From: an uncultured Pseudobdellovibrionaceae bacterium
GTDB lineage: Bacteria > Bdellovibrionota > Bdellovibrionia > Bdellovibrionales > UBA1609
Length of the DNA stretch: 64,000 bases
Assembly (NCBI GenBank): GCA_964360255.1
Contig: CAYHVK010000005.1
Span: forward strand, 24,233-88,232
Direction: 5' to 3'
Shown here piece after piece: positions 6,976 through 16,200 of the stretch. Numbering within the stretch: position 1 is the first letter of the stretch; every line of letters starts with the position of its first letter. A model generated the notes under the pieces. The model worked only from the letters and a program-made list of their open reading frames with translations, was not told where the DNA came from and ran no database searches. Made by a program: the position numbers and the translations under genes.

Positions 6976-8536
6976 AAAGACGAAGACGAAAAAAGTTGAT
7001 AATGCGGCTCAAGCAGCTGAAGAAAACGTAGAGACGTTGGTGATCAATGCGGGTTCGGCAATGGCCATGTTTGAAATGCAAGGCGACTCAATCGACTTCG
7101 TCGATGAAGTGACAGCTGAAGCCGAAGCACTTGAGGCGTCAGGCGCTGATGAAGCTGCTGACGCCAATGATGGCACGACAATAGCCATCGACGCTTCAAT
7201 TTTTGATGCGAGCGCAGCTGGTAACGAAGACGCCGAAGTGGCGGCCCTTGATGATGAAGCTCTTTCTTTTGATGGCGAAATGTCGACTCTCGAGTCTGAC
7301 GAAGAAATGGCTGTGACGGCGGCTGATACTGAAGGTACTGAGCTTGAAGGCTTTGCTTCTGCAGAAATCGAAGACGTTGAAGAAATTCCTGAAGAGAAAA
7401 TGGTTTCGATTGTTGAGAGTTTACTTTTTGCCAGCGACAAGCCACAAAGCGTAGCTGTGTTAAAAGCGGCATTTGCCGGAACAAAAATTCGCTCGGCCGA
7501 CATTCGTAAAGCCCTTAAGCATCTTGAAGTTGAGTACATGAGTGGCAACCGCGGTGTTGAACTTGTTGAAGTAGCTTCGGGCTACCAGATTCGCACAAAG
7601 CCAGAGAATGCTGTTTACATGCAGCGGACCATCAAAGCTCGTCCGTTCAGACTTTCGGGCCCAGCTTTAGAAGTGTTATCAATCGTGGCTTACAAACAGC
7701 CTTGCCCTAAAGCGATGGTCGATGAAATCCGCGGCGTTGAATCAGGTCACTTAATGCGTGGCTTACTTGATCGCGGTCTTATCAACTTCGGTGAGAAGAG
7801 CGATCTGCCAGGTCGCCCTATGTATTACGAAACAACGCGCAAGTTCTTAGAAATCTTTGGCCTTCGCCAAGTTCAAGAACTTCCGACTTTAAATGAAATT
7901 GATCAGTTGATTCCTGAGGGTATCGGTCAGCCAGAAGAAGAGAAGAAACAAACTCTCAGTGATCTGACGGGCGAACTTTCACAAACAGTTGGCACAACTT
8001 ATTCTGAAGGTGAAGCAGATCTCACTTCAATCTCTGAAGAGCTTCAGGGCATTAATCTCAGCACGGCTTTCTTTGAAGAAGAAAAACTTCGCCAGCGTCA
8101 GAAAAAAGATCTTGAGAAAGCTCAAGAGATCCGCGAGCGCATGGTGATTGGTGAAACCGTCGCCACTCGTGAGAAAAACTGGCTTGAGAAATTTGATAAC
8201 GGCACGCTTTACGCTGCAAAGGTAAATCCATTTGCGAAGAAGAAGCAGGCTGACACGCCGACTGACGTTTACGTCGAAGAGCCAGTGAATATTGAAGAAG
8301 CTGTATCGGTTCTTGCTGGCCCTATCGATGAGCCAGAAGATGTGCCGATGATGGATGAAGTTGAAGCTCCATCAGCCCTTGAGGCGTCTGAATCAGCGGC
8401 AGAACTAGCGACGACGACTGACGATCTCATGGAAGACATGGAGCTTGAAGAGATGCTGGCCGATGAAGAAGAGCTCGATGAAACTCTACTTGCAGATACA
8501 GATGGTTCTGAACCTGAAGAGACTCCACAAATATAA
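6950..8536 (+). CDS. scpB: segregation and condensation protein B with acidic N- and C-terminal extensions
   Basis: Core IVESLLFASDKPQSV...GVELVEVASGYQIRTKPE...LSGPALEVLSIVAYKQPCPKAMVDEIRGV is the ScpB double winged helix. ATG 6950 has an AAGAGGA RBS; the track start is TTG 6929. Overlaps the scpA 3' end. Confidence 0.85.
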   Translation: MAKKKPQSKKTKTKKVDNAAQAAEENVETLVINAGSAMAMFEMQGDSIDFVDEVTAEAEALEASGADEAADANDGTTIAIDASIFDASAAGNEDAEVAALDDEALSFDGEMSTLESDEEMAVTAADTEGTELEGFASAEIEDVEEIPEEKMVSIVESLLFASDKPQSVAVLKAAFAGTKIRSADIRKALKHLEVEYMSGNRGVELVEVASGYQIRTKPENAVYMQRTIKARPFRLSGPALEVLSIVAYKQPCPKAMVDEIRGVESGHLMRGLLDRGLINFGEKSDLPGRPMYYETTRKFLEIFGLRQVQELPTLNEIDQLIPEGIGQPEEEKKQTLSDLTGELSQTVGTTYSEGEADLTSISEELQGINLSTAFFEEEKLRQRQKKDLEKAQEIRERMVIGETVATREKNWLEKFDNGTLYAAKVNPFAKKKQADTPTDVYVEEPVNIEEAVSVLAGPIDEPEDVPMMDEVEAPSALEASESAAELATTTDDLMEDMELEEMLADEEELDETLLADTDGSEPEETPQI

Positions 8537-8544
8537 AGGCAAAC

Positions 8545-9108
8545 GTGACGGCGCTAAAACAAAAGATACTTCTCAGCATCTTTTTAGCATTTCACGTTAG
8601 CGCCATTTTTGTTCTGCCGAACCCGGATTCAATTTTATATCGTGAGTGGCAAAATGTTTTTGCGACCTATGGTAGCTCGATCGGAATGAACACCACTTGG
8701 CGTTTTTTCTCACCCAATCCGGCGCTCTCAACGGTTGAATATGAAGTCGTTCGTAGTGGTGAAGAGCCAGAGAGACATCGCTATCCAGAATCAGTGGCTC
8801 AGGTTGGCTCTCGCGAAGCCTTCAACCGCCTGATGAACTTTGCCATCTTTATGGCCGCCAATCGCGAGTATTTAGAGAAGTACCTGCATCCTTATATTTG
8901 CAAATTACATCCTGAGGCCGAGCAGATTTCATATTATGTGATCACGAATAAGTTTCCGACCATTGAGAATGCCCAGCTTCGTGCCTCTTCGCGCGAAGAT
9001 CTATCTGTGAAGGCTCGTAATGGTGCCGGGGAGTTTGACTGCAAGAAGGTGGCCGAGAGCACAGAGGCGCCTCGAGAAGCCAATAATGATGAAGCGGGTG
9101 ACGAATGA
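8545..9108 (+). CDS. membrane-anchored partner of the HTTM protein (possible SdpA/DUF5819-like)
   Basis: 187 aa, GTG start 8 nt after the scpB stop, N-terminal TM helix. The WRFFSPNP motif recalls partners of HTTM/SdpB proteins (unverified). Its stop overlaps the next start (ATGA). Confidence 0.6.
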   Translation: MTALKQKILLSIFLAFHVSAIFVLPNPDSILYREWQNVFATYGSSIGMNTTWRFFSPNPALSTVEYEVVRSGEEPERHRYPESVAQVGSREAFNRLMNFAIFMAANREYLEKYLHPYICKLHPEAEQISYYVITNKFPTIENAQLRASSREDLSVKARNGAGEFDCKKVAESTEAPREANNDEAGDE

Positions 9109-10046
9109 GAAAGCTTTTTGACCCGAAAATGCTCATGCGTCACTGGGATCACTTCTGGTTTGCTCCGATCGATTTATTTAAAGTCGGCCTCTTTAGAGCC
9201 GTCTTCGGGTTTACGATTTTAATCATGTACGGCATTCGGCATACGAGCGTTCGTGATTTCTTCTTAAATTCAGGGCTCATGCCCGCCACTGAAGCCCGCA
9301 ATATCTTACCTGAATTTTTGTTATCACCTTTGCCAGTCTTCTTTCACAGCGATGCGCTTAACTACTGGGGCCATACACTTTTCGTAGTTTTAATTTTCTT
9401 ATTCACTATCGGAGTCATTGGCCGCTGGGGCACGTGGATTATTTTCGTGCTCTCGCTCGGCTTTATGCAGAGAAATTTTCCGCTAGTGTACGGCGCTGAT
9501 TTATTCTCTAATTGCTGGCTTTTTTACCTCTCGTTTATTAATCACAATAAGTATTTCTCAGTTCTCAATTATATTCGTCATCGCAAAACATTCTCGGTTC
9601 TGCCTGATGTGACTTCAGATATCTACTCTTCAGCTTTTGTTTGTTTAATTCAAATTCAGCTCTCTCTCAGTTACGCTTACACGGGCATTGAAAAGCTTAA
9701 AGGTATGCAATGGTGGGAAGGTAGTGCAGTTTGGTACGTGGTCGGCATGCGCGAGCTGGTGGCTGTAGATTTGAGTTACTTAAGATATTTTCCGACAGCT
9801 ATTGCGATTATGTCGATGGCGACGGTGATCTTTGAAGTTTACTTTATTTTTGCGGTTGCTAATAAGAAACTGCGACCTTATTGGCTGTTACTGGGACTCG
9901 GTTTGCATTTGGGAATCGCCGGGTTTATGAGCTTACCGTTCTTCGGTATAATAATGATGGCGCCGTATATTCTCTTCTTAGATGCGCAGAAGCTGCGTTT
10001 GTGGGCGGCGTGTTTTATTTATAAATTTAAGAGTCGTAGAACATGA
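9105..10046 (+). CDS. HTTM-domain (vitamin K-dependent gamma-carboxylase-like, SdpB-like) polytopic membrane protein
   Basis: 313 aa. N-terminal HWDHFWFAPIDLFKVGLFRAVFGFTIL matches the HTTM signature as I recall it. About 8 hydrophobic helices. Confidence 0.75.
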   Translation: MRKLFDPKMLMRHWDHFWFAPIDLFKVGLFRAVFGFTILIMYGIRHTSVRDFFLNSGLMPATEARNILPEFLLSPLPVFFHSDALNYWGHTLFVVLIFLFTIGVIGRWGTWIIFVLSLGFMQRNFPLVYGADLFSNCWLFYLSFINHNKYFSVLNYIRHRKTFSVLPDVTSDIYSSAFVCLIQIQLSLSYAYTGIEKLKGMQWWEGSAVWYVVGMRELVAVDLSYLRYFPTAIAIMSMATVIFEVYFIFAVANKKLRPYWLLLGLGLHLGIAGFMSLPFFGIIMMAPYILFLDAQKLRLWAACFIYKFKSRRT

Positions 10047-10280
10047 AGCGCCGCAGCTTCGCAACAGTGTTGTTAATTAAAATCAATTTATTAAAATACA
10101 AATAGTTTTCAATCAATCCTTATTTAATAACAAAAAAATAAAATAAATTTATTATAAATAAAAATAAATTATGCAACTTATTGAAATCACATCAGCAGTC
10201 AGATTTTCTCATTTTCATACGCTCAAGTCTTTTTGCTTGCAGCCGTTAAGATACTAGTAAATTTAGCCACAGAGGTATGT
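10047..10280. promoter_or_regulatory. extremely AT-rich spacer, probable promoter/regulatory region of the RHS toxin gene
   Basis: Runs such as AAAAAAATAAAATAAATTTATTATAAATAAAAATAAATTATG. This is the most AT-rich long stretch I saw in the window. AGAGG RBS at 10271-10275. Confidence 0.4.
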
Positions 10281-13200
10281 ATGTTGGTGACTCGTCGATG
10301 GACTCGGCTTGCGGTTTTAATTTGTTTAAACTTCATGTTTTTAGCTACGTCGGCAGTACCGATTTCAGCTCAAGCGGCTGTCACAGTTACACCACTAGCC
10401 AAAAAAGTCTTCCCGACACATCCCAAGCAGAATCAATATAAGTCGGCCCAGTTTAATGCCACGGCCGGCAGTGGCTATACTATGACCGTCATAAACGGCA
10501 CAGGTGAAGATCTCACTTTAAAAAACTGTAAAAGCCTAGGGCTATTCAAGCGCCTTTTCTGTAACCTTGAGAACCTAGTTATTAAAGCTAAACTTAAGCT
10601 TCGTGTTGATTCAGGTGAGATTAAAATCAACGGCGTTGTCGTGGCGAGTTCTTCGCAGATGAAAAATACCGTGAAGTCATTTACGGTACCGGTCACTTTA
10701 AAAGCTACAAATAAAATTGAAGTAAAATCAAAAGGGTTTATTCTCTCTTACGTAACAGTTAGCATTAGTGGCTCAGCACAGCCGCCAGTGAATGTGCCGC
10801 CTGTTGCAAACTTTATTCATTCTGTAGGTCCGAACAGAGTCGTGTCGTTTGATGCTTCAACTTCACTAGATTCTGACGGCAGTATTGCCAGCTATAGCTG
10901 GAACTTCGGCGACAACACCACTGGCAGCGGCATTTTAACGACCCATACCTATGCTAGCGCTGGCAGTTTTAATGCTAGCTTAACAGTCACTGATAATCAG
11001 GGTGCTACTGCGCAAAAAACGGTGACTGTAGTTATAGTGCCGAATGCTCCACCAGTTGCGAATTTCACAGTTGCGGTCAATGGTTTTTCTGCTCAATTTA
11101 ATGCAAGCACCTCGCAAGATCCTGATGGATCAATTGCCAGCTACAACTGGGACTTTGGCGACAGCACGACGGGTACGGGTGTTCAGCCGACTCATACTTA
11201 TGCCGCTTTCGGTAGTTACCTCGTAACTTTAACGGTTGTAGATAGTTTAGGCGCGCAAGGGCAGATTCAGCAATCTATTACTATTGCTGATATTACGCCC
11301 CCAGTTCTGACAATCACAAAACCCGATGCCACACTCGATACTCCTTTTCTTGAAATTGCAGGCACAAGTAATGAGGCTCTATCTGAAATTCGTGTTAATG
11401 GAGAGGTTTTATCTCTTGATGCTGCAAAAACTTCTTTTAGTGGCTCAAAAATCATCACTCAGTCAGGCTCATTTCAATTAGATTTCGAAGCTCGTGATTT
11501 GCAAGGTAACATAACACAAGTGACCCGAGTCGTTCAGGTGACGCTGCCTCAAGTGCCGTCGACTCCTGACCCCATTGCACCTGTGATTTCTAATAATGAA
11601 ATCATTTCTTTCGGTGACAGTTATAACTTTCTATTTACAGGAGCCAATCCTGTTCAACGTAACGTAGCTGCAAATGCTCTTGTCGACACACAAATGAGCG
11701 GTGTGCGCGGCCGAGTGCTTGTTGATGGTACACCGTTAGACCTTGTTAAAGTCTCAGCAGTAGGTCATCCCGAATTCGGCGAGACGAGCACGCGCACTGG
11801 CGGCGTATTCGATTTTATGTTCAATGGCGGTGGTTCAATTGTACTGCGCTTCGAGCGCGCGGGCTATTTGCCGATTGAGCGGCGAGTAGAAGCCAGCTGG
11901 AATGATTACGTGAGTCTCGATGATGTATGGCTCACACAAATAGATGCCGTCTCAACGCGTATCGCTTTATCAGATGCCGCACAACAAGTCGCAGTGGCAT
12001 CGCGAGTTCAAGATGACTCAGGTTCTCGTCAGGCTGTCATTGTGGTACCGCCATCGACACAAGCGCAATTGAAATTCGCTGATGGTTCTACGCAAACGGT
12101 TTCATCTTTAAATTTTCGTACCACTGAATATACAGTGGGAGTAAATGGCCCCGACAGAATGCCGGCACCGCTGCCACCACAAACTCTTTACACCTATGCT
12201 GTTGAGATCTCTGCCGATGAAGCTTTGGCTGCGGGTGCAACAAGCGTCGATTTCAATCAACCGGTTTATTATTACGTCGAAAACTTTTTAAATTTACCGG
12301 TGGGTACTAACGTGCCAACTGGTTATTACAATAAATCTTCTAGCAATTGGGTGTCTTCATCAGATGGCCGAATTATCGAAGTGTTATCAGTTTCTGCCGG
12401 CTCAGCAGTTATTACTACAAATGAAGCCAGAACTCCGGCAACTGCCGCTGAACTTACGGCCCTTGGTGTTTCTACAGCTGAGCTGCAAATGATCGGCAGC
12501 CGATACACTCAAGGCCAATCGTTATGGCGCGTGCCGATGACACACTTCACAGCTTACGATTGCAACTGGAGTGGCCCGAGACGTGATAAGGCTAATACGG
12601 TAACACCGACAAAAGCGCCATCTACGCTATCTGATAAAGAGTGTAAATGCGAAAAACCCGGTTGCATTATTAATCTCGGCAACCAAGCACTTGGTGAATC
12701 GCTTCCGGTGGCAGGCACTTCTTATTCATTAAACTACTACAGTGACCGTGTAGAAGGGCGCCAAGCTGAGCGAACTGTTCATGTTCCAATTATTGGGTCT
12801 CAAATCAACACGCTAGATCTCGATAAAATCATTGTGCGCATGCAAATCTTGGGCAGAAGATTTGAGACGCAATACAATCCGGCTATTAATCTCAGTCATA
12901 CTTTTACTTGGGATGGCAAAGACGTCTTTGGCCGTTACGTTTCTGGTACGCATAATGCGGTTGTCGCAATTTCGTATCAATATGACAACAGCACGTATGT
13001 ACCTGTACCACCAACGGGCACTTATTCATTTGGTCAGCCGCCGTCTACAGTTACGGGCGGCCCCGCTAGTCGAAAGCCATCCATACAGACTTTTGAATTC
13101 AATCAGGATGTAACCGTACCGCCACTTTCATCAAAAGAAGCGATTGGTGGATGGAGTTTAAACGTTCATCACAAATTAGATGAACTCGGTAATAATTTTT

Positions 13201-16200
13201 ACGCTGGTAATGATTTTGTAAGAGAGAATGTTTCTACTAAAAAAATAGTTCGTGCATTGGCGAATGGGTTTACGAATATTCGCGATCTGCAAGTCGCGCC
13301 AAGTGGAGGAACTTATATTGCAGAAGCGGCTCATATTGTGCGCCTCAATGCAGACGGAAGTAGAACTGTTATTGCTGGTGATGGTGCGACGAATTTCTTT
13401 AACTCTTCGGGCCCAGCTCTCAGTGCCTCGTTATCGATTGCAAGCTTCGTTGTTAAGTCGGATAACTTATTTTATATCTCAGACACGCGCGGATATATTT
13501 GGAGGTATGAGAATGGTCAGATCTATCACCAGGCGGGTAATCCTGCTGGTTCTGATCTCTTTTTAATTGATGCAAAAACAGCTCGTTTTGTGACCCCAGG
13601 TCATATTCGTCTGAGCCCAGAGGGTGAAATTTATTTCGTCGATCGTGGACGCAGACGTATTTTTAAAATTGATGCTGATAATAAACTGATTCATGTGGCC
13701 GGCACGGGTTTAGCGGGCACAACTCTAGAAGGCGCGCAGGCCGTAACCTCTAATATGGATCCACGAGTGATTGCTATCGGTGAGCAGGGTCGTATTTATG
13801 TATCTACTGCAATCTCTGGCCTACGCTCAATTATTTGGACAATAGATAGCGCTGGTGCTTTAGAAAGATTAATCGGCGGCGGTAATAACGACCCGGTTGA
13901 TGGCTCGTTGGGAACAGATATACAGATCGAAGAAATTACTTCTTTAGTTTTAAGTGATGATGAGCGTTTATTTGCTTCAAGTTTGTCTGGTGTTATCGGT
14001 CAGGCCGACAGACGTGGTATTTTACAGATAGTTGCCAATAGCGAACAAGAAGAGGGCGATACGGGCGATGATGGCCCAGCTATTGAAGCTAGTTTTAGTG
14101 CTATCGGCGGTATTGCGTTTGCGGGTAACGGAGATCTCATAGTTGCTGATCGTGCCAATGATCGTCTTCGTAAAATCGAAGGCTTCAGACCCCCAGGTTC
14201 AACTGAGAAGATGGTTGTTTCTAAAAACGGCTCTGAAGTTTACATATTTAATTTGCAAGGCCGACATTTGCGCACGCTCGATGCTTTAACGGGCGATGTG
14301 CTTTTATACTTTGATTACAATGCTCAGGGTCACCTTATCGCCGTACGCGATCAATTCAACAACACGACTCAAATTGTTCGCGATAGCAATAGTGTTCCGA
14401 CTCAGATTGTTTCTCCTTACGGCGTTATAACAAATGTAGCTGTGAGCAACGATGAGCTCATTCGCCTCACCACACCTAAGGGTGAGATTTATAGAATGAG
14501 TTATTTAACAGGATTATTAACAAGCTTTGAGAATCCAAAAGGCGGAGTGAACACATTTGCTTATAACGGCTATGGACAACTTATAGCTGACGATAATGCC
14601 GCTGGTGGTTCTATGACGCTTGCCATGTCGCTGGCTCAAGATAAGCAAGTGATGACTCAGACATCTGCCATGGGTGTTAAATTTGAAATTATAAGTGAAG
14701 TGAATGATGCCGGTGAAAAGATCAGTACCATCGTGCCAGCCAGCGGTGGCGGATTCTCTGATAGATACTATAAAGCGGGTCATCAAGAACGAAATTATTC
14801 TGACGGCTCGACAGCCGGTTTTGAAGTCGCAGCTGACCCAAGATTCGGAATGGCTGGTGCCTATAATCGCCGAGAAGTACTGCTGACTCAGTCGGGAATT
14901 CAGCTCGATGTAGGGCGCACTATTATTGCGCCACTGAGCAATCCGAATGATCCGTTTTCGTATACAAACATTGTTGAGACCACATCATCAAATGGTCGAG
15001 TCACAACTTCTGATTTTGATAAAGCCTCGAGGACAAGAACTGTAGTTTCACCAAAAGGTCGAGTGCTACAATCAAAATTAAACGCGAACAGCCAGCTTGA
15101 CGAAATTGCCATGTCTGGTATTGCACCAACAACATTTAACTATGACAGTCGAGGCCGATTGCAGGCGACGGCGCAAGGGCCCCGCGCGACTTCGATGACT
15201 TACAATTCGGCTGGCTATTTAGAGTCAGTGACAAATTCGCTCAACCAGACAAAGTCTTACAGTTATGACGTCAACGGCAACGTCTTGCGCGAAACTTTGC
15301 CTGACAATCGTTTTGTTCAGTACAGCTACGACGAAAACGGCAATTTGGCATCGGTTACACCATTTGGTAAATCGCCACATATGTTCAGTTATAGCGTAAT
15401 CAATCAGCTCACAAATTATTTGCCTCCAGAATTAAGCGGTACGCCAACGGTGACTCAGTATCATTACGATGCTGATCGCCGCATAGCGAGCATTGATAGA
15501 CCTGATGGGCAAAGTATTGTGAATACGTACCATCCAACAAGTGGCTTATTGCAGATACAATCTTCAGCGACCGACAATATTTCAATGACTTACTTTGATG
15601 GTAAAGTATCGACCATGAATACTGAAGATCTTGTAGGCTCGAGCTTCTTCTACGACGGCTCGATGATGATTCGAGATACGTACACAGGAGTTTTATCTGG
15701 CTATTACGCAAGAAACTTCAACTCAAATCTTGAAATTGGCAATGATGATGTGAACGGCCAGATCGTCAGCTATTTCTATGATGTTGATGGGCTTCTGACG
15801 AATGCTGGCCAGCAGATTTACGCTTATTCAAATGCGAACACGCAGCTATTGAGTTCTACACTAGGTACGGTTAGTGACAGTTTCACTTATAATACGTTTG
15901 GTGAAATGCAAACCTATTCAAGTGCCAATTTCTCTTCAAGCTACACGCGCGACAATCTGGGCCGCATTACAAATTTAGGTGAAAACCAAAACGGCAGTAT
16001 CGTAAATTCAGCTTTTATCTACGACGACGCTGGTCGCTTGGTGCAGGTATCAAAAGGCGGAGTGGTCACAAACTACGATTACGACTCGAACAACAATCGC
16101 CTAGCAAAACGCATAAACGGCGCAGTTGTAGAGTCTGGCGCGTACGATGAGCAAGACCGAGCTGTGAGTTATAACGGTAATGCTTATACGTATAATTTAA

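Noticed and set aside
7009-7548. Long antisense ORFs (179 aa and 146 aa) inside scpB
   Set aside because: They lie opposite the GAA/GAT/GCT-rich acidic tail region, which is stop-codon-poor in antisense frames. The translations are Ser/Ala/Leu low-complexity, have no RBS, and the sense frame has a clear ScpB core.
8545-10046. Idea that the HTTM (gamma-carboxylase-like) protein modifies the Glu-rich tails of ScpA/ScpB encoded in the same operon
   Set aside because: It is topologically implausible. ScpAB are cytoplasmic nucleoid proteins, whereas HTTM/VKGC-type active sites face the extracytoplasmic side. Nothing in the sequence supports it.
10233-10280. TTG-initiated 16-codon extension of the RHS ORF
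   Set aside because: ATG 10281 has an AGAGG RBS at the right distance and starts a canonical signal peptide. The extension lies in the AT-rich promoter tract.
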